DNA of 64,000 nucleotides from Candidatus Cloacimonadales bacterium. Its GTDB lineage: Bacteria > Cloacimonadota > Cloacimonadia > Cloacimonadales > JAIOQZ01. Position 1 is the stretch's first letter; every line of letters begins with the position of its first letter. The position numbers and the translations under genes were made by a program. The notes under the pieces were generated by a model. The model was not told where the DNA came from. It made no database searches and saw only the letters and a list, made by a program, of their open reading frames with translations. Below, piece by piece: positions 58,440 through 64,000 of this stretch. The stretch is taken from the NCBI GenBank assembly GCA_963665815.1, contig OY762463.1, forward strand, positions 3,392,001-3,456,000, given 5' to 3'.

Positions 58440-60681
58440 ATGTTTTGCTGATGGAGGATGTGTTGACAAGAGCAGACATATTTATGCTAGAAGAAAAGAA
58501 GATGTTAAACTTAAGGAATTGATTATTGATGATTGCAGTACCGTTTATGTTAATGGACCTAGAGCTGTTGGGAAATCAAGCTTAGTAAGAAGTGTAACTG
58601 ACGACTCAAATGAAGTAATTACAATCAATGTTGATTTAAGATTTTATTCTCGTAAGGAGTATACACCGGAAAACTGGTTCCTCATGTTGTTTCAAGCAAT
58701 TGATAGTAGTCTTAGTTTTGTTCTTCCAAATTTTAGGCATGGTGAAGTAATAAATTGGTTCAGAACATACAGTAGTGAATACTCATCACAAGCTAATTAT
58801 CTTCTTGATTTCTTTAAGTTGTTTATAAGGGGTGAAAAGAACATTAAAAGAAAATTTGTGATTGTGTTTGATGAAGTCGATGTGATTCAATCTAATGGAT
58901 ATCACACAGATAACTTTCTAACGGGAATCGTTTTACTTAATAAGGAGTTACAGAATCTTAACTTGTCTCAAGTTTTGATATCCATAAGTCACCCGATGTT
59001 CTTAGTTAGGGAGTTAAAGTACTCAGATATTAAGATAGGTACAAGGATAATTGTGAATGATTTTGAGAACATTGACGAGATAACAATGAAGGATTGGGCT
59101 GAGGGGTTATTTAACATTAATGAGGAATCTAGACTGAAATTAACAAAAGAGATTATTGAGTACACAGGGGGACATCCATATATTTCAGGTATAATTGGCA
59201 ATATTATAAATTCTGAATATTCTGGTAATATTGAAAATAACACTCTAAAAAAAATTATTGATCAATTCATTACTGATCAGAAGAGCTCATCAAATATTAA
59301 TCCTCATTTTGAAGCTCCAAGAGATTTCATTTTGATGAGACCTAGTTTGGCATATGAGGTACTCGACTTTTATGAGCAGGTTATTGCTGTTGATGGGTAT
59401 ATTGATCTAGATATAGAGAAAAAAACAGCAAATGATCCCAAACTAATTATTGCCGTATTGTCTATAACTGGGCTTGTAAGAAGACACTATTCTGGTCAGT
59501 ATAAGTGCAGAAGTTATATTTATAGGCGAATTTTCAATGATAAGTGGGTAGGTAACACTAAATCTCATCTTGGAAGTCGATTATTTTCAGGTAACGTATT
59601 GGCTTCGCACAAAAGGTCTGACCTACCCAAAATTGGATTAATTAATTGTGGTGGAACATTAGGTATGACAGAGCATGATGGAAAAATTCAAGCACCTTCA
59701 AATGAAGAGGAGTTTTATAGAATGTTCCCTTCATTAAGTCATATGGCAGATGTAAGACTTATACCATTCAGGATCAAAGATGGTGCAAACATGTTTATCG
59801 AGGATTATAGTGAGTTAGCTAAGCATATTTATTTAAGAAGAGATGATGGTTTTGATGCTTTTATAATAATGCATGGAACTGACACTTTAACATACACTGC
59901 ATCAGGTGTTGCATTTGCTTTGGGCAAAGGTTTAAATTGTCCAGTAGTCTTTGTTGCAAGTCAAGCCCCTGTTTCAGTTAGATATGGTGATGCTGAAATT
60001 AATCTTAAACGTGCTTTTGCAGTTGCCACAATGAAGATAAATGAAGTAGTCATATGTTTTAATGATTCTGTTTTTAGGGCTGTTAGAACCGAGAAATTGT
60101 CAGACTATAGATTTAATGGGTTTCACTCACCTACATATCCTGCTATTGCTACAATTAGCGAGAAGATAGAGTTAAGTGAAAAATGGTCATCTGAAAATGA
60201 AACAAATAAATCGAGTGCTCCTGAGTATATGTTAAATAATGAGTTTGAACCTAATATCCTACAGATAGTACAATATCCTGGAATAAATCCTAAGAATTAC
60301 GAGGATATTGTGTTTAGTTGTGGAAGTAAAGTTAAAGCGATTATTATTCAGAGTTTAGGTTTGGGTAATCTACCAACAATGGGTGAGTATAATTTTCTTC
60401 CATTTATAAGTAGGGCTGTTTCAAAAAATATTCCGGTTGTTATTACTAGTAAATATCCAATTCTGCCGGAGTTTGTTGAGAAATATATCCCTGCTAGTAG
60501 ACCGGTCCAATCAGGAGCTATACATGCAGGAAATATGACTCCATCTGCTGCTCTTACAAAATTATCTTGGATTTTAAAAGGGATATATAAAGAAGTAGAA
60601 ATAGGAATCACTAAAGTGGAAAATTTAATACGAGTTGTAGAGAGAAAAATGAAAACAAATTATATTGGAGAATTAGATTAA
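58432..60681 (+). CDS. AAA_35/STAND-like ATPase fused to type I L-asparaginase
   Basis: GG......YARRKED, GPRAVGKSS, VIVFDEVD, TGGHPY, IYRRIFNDKWV; then CGGTLGM, HGTDT, PVVFVASQ, GLGNLP, MTPSAALTKL. Confidence 0.85.
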   Translation: MDKCFADGGCVDKSRHIYARRKEDVKLKELIIDDCSTVYVNGPRAVGKSSLVRSVTDDSNEVITINVDLRFYSRKEYTPENWFLMLFQAIDSSLSFVLPNFRHGEVINWFRTYSSEYSSQANYLLDFFKLFIRGEKNIKRKFVIVFDEVDVIQSNGYHTDNFLTGIVLLNKELQNLNLSQVLISISHPMFLVRELKYSDIKIGTRIIVNDFENIDEITMKDWAEGLFNINEESRLKLTKEIIEYTGGHPYISGIIGNIINSEYSGNIENNTLKKIIDQFITDQKSSSNINPHFEAPRDFILMRPSLAYEVLDFYEQVIAVDGYIDLDIEKKTANDPKLIIAVLSITGLVRRHYSGQYKCRSYIYRRIFNDKWVGNTKSHLGSRLFSGNVLASHKRSDLPKIGLINCGGTLGMTEHDGKIQAPSNEEEFYRMFPSLSHMADVRLIPFRIKDGANMFIEDYSELAKHIYLRRDDGFDAFIIMHGTDTLTYTASGVAFALGKGLNCPVVFVASQAPVSVRYGDAEINLKRAFAVATMKINEVVICFNDSVFRAVRTEKLSDYRFNGFHSPTYPAIATISEKIELSEKWSSENETNKSSAPEYMLNNEFEPNILQIVQYPGINPKNYEDIVFSCGSKVKAIIIQSLGLGNLPTMGEYNFLPFISRAVSKNIPVVITSKYPILPEFVEKYIPASRPVQSGAIHAGNMTPSAALTKLSWILKGIYKEVEIGITKVENLIRVVERKMKTNYIGELD

Positions 60682-60695
60682 TAAAGGAGATTAAT

Positions 60696-62192
60696 ATGTC
60701 AAAGGAAGTATTTAAAACAGGATATGATAAGGCAAACAAAGGAAAAGGAGTGCTTGTTATATATACGGGTGGTACTATTGGATCAATGCCTAAGGATCCT
60801 AAAGATCCTGATAGTCCACAAGTCGTAGTCGGTTGGGAAAAATACAAGGAACTTACTCCGCAGATACATGAGGAATACATCGGATTCAATGTTGATGCCT
60901 ATAGTACTGAACCGTTAGATAGTTGTAATGTTGGTCCTGTCATATGGAAAGAGATAGCAATGGTTATCAAAGAATCATATGATAAATATGAAGGATTTGT
61001 CATTCTTCATGGCACAGACACAATGGTTTATACCGCAAGTGCATTAAGCTTCATGTTGAATAATCTTGGTAAACCCGTAGTTATAACTGGTGCTCAAATG
61101 GCATACCTGTTTAATGTAAGAAATGATGGGTTTCAGAACATGATATCAGCTTTGCAAATTGCAAATCCAAAATTTTCTGGTATACCAGTTATTCCAGAAG
61201 TTACACTCTATTTTAATGGAAAATTGCTCAGAGGTAATAGAGCGAGGAAAATTAATGCATCTGGATTTAACGCATATATTTCTGCAAACTATCCACCATT
61301 GGCAACAATAGGTGAAAGTATTGTTGTTGATGAGAAGTTGATACGAGAAAAGAGCAAGTTGTCTTTTAATGCAAAAACAAGAATGGAAACTGGTGTTGTG
61401 GCTATTAATTTTTTCCCTGGTATTCAGGATGGAAAAGTGCTTGAGAGAATACTCTCTGACCCAAGTTTAAAAGGGGTTGTTTTAATGGCTTATGGTGCTG
61501 GAAACATTCCAACCGACAAAAAAGTTCTGGACTTGATCAAGAAAACGACTGATCGAGGAGTAGTTGTATTGGATGTAACGCAATGTGGTGGTGGAAAGGT
61601 AGAACTTGGAATGTATGAGACTAGTGCTCTTTTATTGGACGTTGGTGTAGTTAGCGGAATAGATATAACTCCTGAAGCAGCACTCACTAAGTTAATGTAT
61701 TTACTTGCAGATGAAGATGATAGTCCTCATGCTATTGCGCTTAAGGTAGAAAGGGATTTGGCGGGAGAACAAAGTATGAGCATATATACTGCTGAGTTTA
61801 AATCATCGGGAACTTGCAGTGTTGATTCAACTATGAATAGAAGCAGAATTCCTGCTGCAAATATTGAAGGTACTTGGAATAATAATGATATTGAACGGAT
61901 AATGTTGCGTTTTAGAAATGGCGTGATAAGTAATCCTAATATAGATGAGTATGCAAAAATTAAACTATTTATGGATATTAGTTCAGATGATGATCTTGAT
62001 GAAAACAGTGTTAATTATTTAGGATGCTTCAACAGATTACAAAATGATGATCCAACTATTTTATTCTTTGATATAACAGATAAGGCAAAAGAAATATTAG
62101 CAAAAAGAGCTTCTATTACTGTAGTAATGGATTCAGAAACCGCTTCGTTTACTTGGGAAAAGGCTGAACTAACTATTTTTGTGAAAAGTTAA
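60696..62192 (+). CDS. Type I L-asparaginase/glutaminase family with ~130-aa C-terminal extension
   Basis: IYTGGTIGS, LDS, HGTDTMVYTASALSF, TGAQ, RGNRARK, YGAGN, TQC, DITPEAALTKL. Confidence 0.9.
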   Translation: MSKEVFKTGYDKANKGKGVLVIYTGGTIGSMPKDPKDPDSPQVVVGWEKYKELTPQIHEEYIGFNVDAYSTEPLDSCNVGPVIWKEIAMVIKESYDKYEGFVILHGTDTMVYTASALSFMLNNLGKPVVITGAQMAYLFNVRNDGFQNMISALQIANPKFSGIPVIPEVTLYFNGKLLRGNRARKINASGFNAYISANYPPLATIGESIVVDEKLIREKSKLSFNAKTRMETGVVAINFFPGIQDGKVLERILSDPSLKGVVLMAYGAGNIPTDKKVLDLIKKTTDRGVVVLDVTQCGGGKVELGMYETSALLLDVGVVSGIDITPEAALTKLMYLLADEDDSPHAIALKVERDLAGEQSMSIYTAEFKSSGTCSVDSTMNRSRIPAANIEGTWNNNDIERIMLRFRNGVISNPNIDEYAKIKLFMDISSDDDLDENSVNYLGCFNRLQNDDPTILFFDITDKAKEILAKRASITVVMDSETASFTWEKAELTIFVKS

Positions 62193-62196
62193 TGAT

Positions 62197-62222
62197 GGGT
62201 AAGTTTTCTTACCCCTTTTTTT
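62197..62222 (+). terminator. Intrinsic terminator-like hairpin before the last gene
   Basis: gggtaag-tttt-cttaccc-c-ttttttt. Confidence 0.65.
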
Positions 62223-62230
62223 GAGGAAAT

Positions 62231-63592
62231 GTGAAGAAATATACAAAGCTAGATTACAATAAAGCTAATATGAGAAGTAATTCAGAGTTTGATGAAGAAA
62301 TCCCGTCAAATGTAAAAGTTATTGAAAGCTTATTCAGCCAATACCGGAAAGGATTTAAGTTTTCAAGGAATGCTTATGCAGGAAGTTGCAGGGATGCTAG
62401 ATCAAAGCGTTATAGACTTGGGAATCGTGGTATTCCTCTTAGCGATGAGCTAAAGTCAATAATTGGTAAAGTTGTAAATCACAAGCAGATTACCTATGTT
62501 GCCTTACATTGCAGGGGGGATATGGAAATCTGTGTTGATAACATAATTGACGTTTTGAATATCGAAGGTGAGTTTGCTGTATTAAACGCAGATGAGCTTT
62601 TTGCTGTTTTCAATATGGAATACGGTACGGTTAACCCTTTTGTCCTATCGAGCTCGGAAACGGAAAGCATAAACCAAATTTTTGATTCAAGAGTGTTTGA
62701 GCAACATGTGAAGCTTCCCGGAACAATGATGACTAATGCCGGAGATCATACTTGGGCTATAGAGTTTGATCCTCTTGATTTAAAGGTATTGATTCCTGAT
62801 ATGGTTGTTGCGAAGATCGCAGAGATAAATCAGGCTACTGAGGACTACGAAGAATTGTCTAGATTAAATCTACGATCTATTGGTTTAATTACCGGAAATG
62901 GTCCAGATTCCGGAATGGCTCTGTGGCAACTGATTAATGATAATGTAAAAGAGATAATGAGTGATAAATTTCTTGGTGACTTATCATTACCGGAAGTAAA
63001 TGTGCTTTCGGTTCCGGGAATGGGGCTATCCATGGAATTGAAACTAAGAAAGAGTGCAACTTGGAGAGAATTATCAAGAGCTGTTGAAACTCTTTGTAAT
63101 CATGGTGTTGATATTCTATGTCTAGCTTGTCATACTACTCACTACTTCTCAGATCAGATTAAAGAGATTTGTAAAAAGTATGGAGTTACTTTTCTTTCTA
63201 TGCCGGAAGTTGTTGTATCATACCTTCAGAAAAAAAAGATTACAGAATTCGCCTTATTAGGGATACCGTCGGTTGCAGACCTTGGTGAATGGAGTGCATA
63301 TTCTACTTTGAATAAGTATAATCCTGAAATTTTGGATTCTGAAACTCTTGATTCTTTTCTAGAAATAGGTTACCTAGTTAAGCAGAAACAGCCATTTGAA
63401 AAAAGCTTCCAGAAACTTATACACTTAATAAAGAAAAAGATAAAATCTGAAAATGTTATTATTGCCTTAACAGAGTTATCAATATTGCTGCAAAAGCAAT
63501 CTAATAAAAAACGAAGAAGAAACATTATTGATGCTCTTGAGCTTTATGGAGAGGCTATTGCAAAAGCTTCTTTAGGCCTAAAATGGCATTAA
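62231..63592 (+). CDS. YbaK/ProX-like aminoacyl-tRNA editing domain fused to an Asp/Glu racemase-family domain
   Basis: ELKS, GTVNPF, TNAGD..WAIEF (YbaK); IGLITGNGP, LACHTTHYF, IIALTELS (racemase fold, second Cys replaced). Confidence 0.7.
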   Translation: MKKYTKLDYNKANMRSNSEFDEEIPSNVKVIESLFSQYRKGFKFSRNAYAGSCRDARSKRYRLGNRGIPLSDELKSIIGKVVNHKQITYVALHCRGDMEICVDNIIDVLNIEGEFAVLNADELFAVFNMEYGTVNPFVLSSSETESINQIFDSRVFEQHVKLPGTMMTNAGDHTWAIEFDPLDLKVLIPDMVVAKIAEINQATEDYEELSRLNLRSIGLITGNGPDSGMALWQLINDNVKEIMSDKFLGDLSLPEVNVLSVPGMGLSMELKLRKSATWRELSRAVETLCNHGVDILCLACHTTHYFSDQIKEICKKYGVTFLSMPEVVVSYLQKKKITEFALLGIPSVADLGEWSAYSTLNKYNPEILDSETLDSFLEIGYLVKQKQPFEKSFQKLIHLIKKKIKSENVIIALTELSILLQKQSNKKRRRNIIDALELYGEAIAKASLGLKWH

Positions 63593-63603
63593 ACAATTAA
63601 CTA

Positions 63604-63634
63604 AGTACAAGTTGGAGTTGTTCCAACTTGTACT
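63604..63634. terminator. Hairpin after the last island gene
   Basis: agtacaagttgga-gttgt-tccaacttgtact, perfect 13-bp stem. Confidence 0.6.
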
Positions 63635-63770
63635 CTCCATGAGCGGTAAAACAAACCAATTACATCAGTTTCCCACACATAATTTCATTAAAACTGTCCG
63701 TTAAACGTCCGTCGGTATGATGGGTCAATTGATAATTACCTGAAAGGTATAGGGTTAGAATACATAATAA

Positions 63771-63833
63771 CCCTCCTAAGGAAAAGGTCGTGCGTTTCCC
63801 GATCCATCGGACGCCGGGGGTACCATACAAAAC
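63771..63833 (+). repeat. attR-like tRNA-Arg 3'-half remnant with modified T-loop
   Basis: 26-bp identity to tRNA 31572-31597, then tcccgatccatcgga, then cgccgggggt-acca. Confidence 0.9.
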
Positions 63834-63985
63834 TTTTATATACTTAATAATTAATCATTTTACATTAAAATTTTAACTTTACTATCGCGATGAGAACGTC
63901 GACTACAAGCAGGATCCGAAATTACATAGTAATTTTGGTGCGCAGTAACAGCGTGTGAGAAGAGATTCATCACTTCGAGATAGCT

Positions 63986-64000
63986 AATCGCGCCGGGGGT
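63986..64000 (+). repeat. Further tRNA-Arg 3'-end fragment at the window edge
   Basis: aatcgcgccgggggt is identical to 31600-31614. Confidence 0.65.

Larger units (their letters stand above)
31572..63833. mobile_element. ~32-kb genomic island integrated at tRNA-Arg(CCT)
   Basis: ccctcctaaggaaaaggtcgtgcgtt (26 bp) is identical at 31572 and 63771; cargo includes RM, recombination genes and a tyrosine recombinase; visibly more AT-rich genes. Confidence 0.85.

Noticed and set aside
58432-62192. GatD-type tRNA amidotransferase
   Set aside because: No GatD N-terminal domain recognised and no GatE partner; only the shared asparaginase fold
31572-63833. Intact prophage or conjugative ICE
   Set aside because: No terminase, capsid, tail, relaxase or T4SS genes recognisable

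Overview
AT-rich bacterial chromosome window, probably from an anaerobe (VOR-type 2-oxoacid:ferredoxin oxidoreductase operon; taxon not determinable from this window). The left half (1-31.6 kb) is backbone with small accessory insertions: hisC, a MrfA/MrfB-like helicase-nuclease pair, lepA, a MATE transporter, the oxidoreductase operon, rnhB and tRNA-Arg(CCT). It also holds a tightly coupled operon: Tes/GDGT-MAS-like radical SAM enzyme, ICMT-like methyltransferase, DUF4395-like protein, Lgt paralogue and three paralogous small membrane proteins with a C-terminal G-[AS]-C motif. This is a candidate new protein-lipidation or lipid-modification system. The right half (~31.6-63.8 kb) is a ~32 kb genomic island integrated at tRNA-Arg(CCT) and bounded by tRNA 3'-half repeats. 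It carries a GNAT-nucleotidyltransferase fusion, a Rad52/Cas4-like recombination module, a type I RM locus with cargo (DUF559 inserted in HsdM, DinD, PHP-ATPase), a HEPN-motif membrane protein and a short tyrosine recombinase. It ends in a divergent amino-acid-targeting locus: tyrosine-decarboxylase-like enzyme plus an island-borne TyrRS on one strand, and paired AAA_35/STAND-like ATPases (one fused to L-asparaginase), a second asparaginase and a YbaK-racemase fusion on the other. This locus is the best candidate for an undescribed system, possibly anti-phage by amino-acid depletion. All family calls come from motif recognition by eye; no searches were run.
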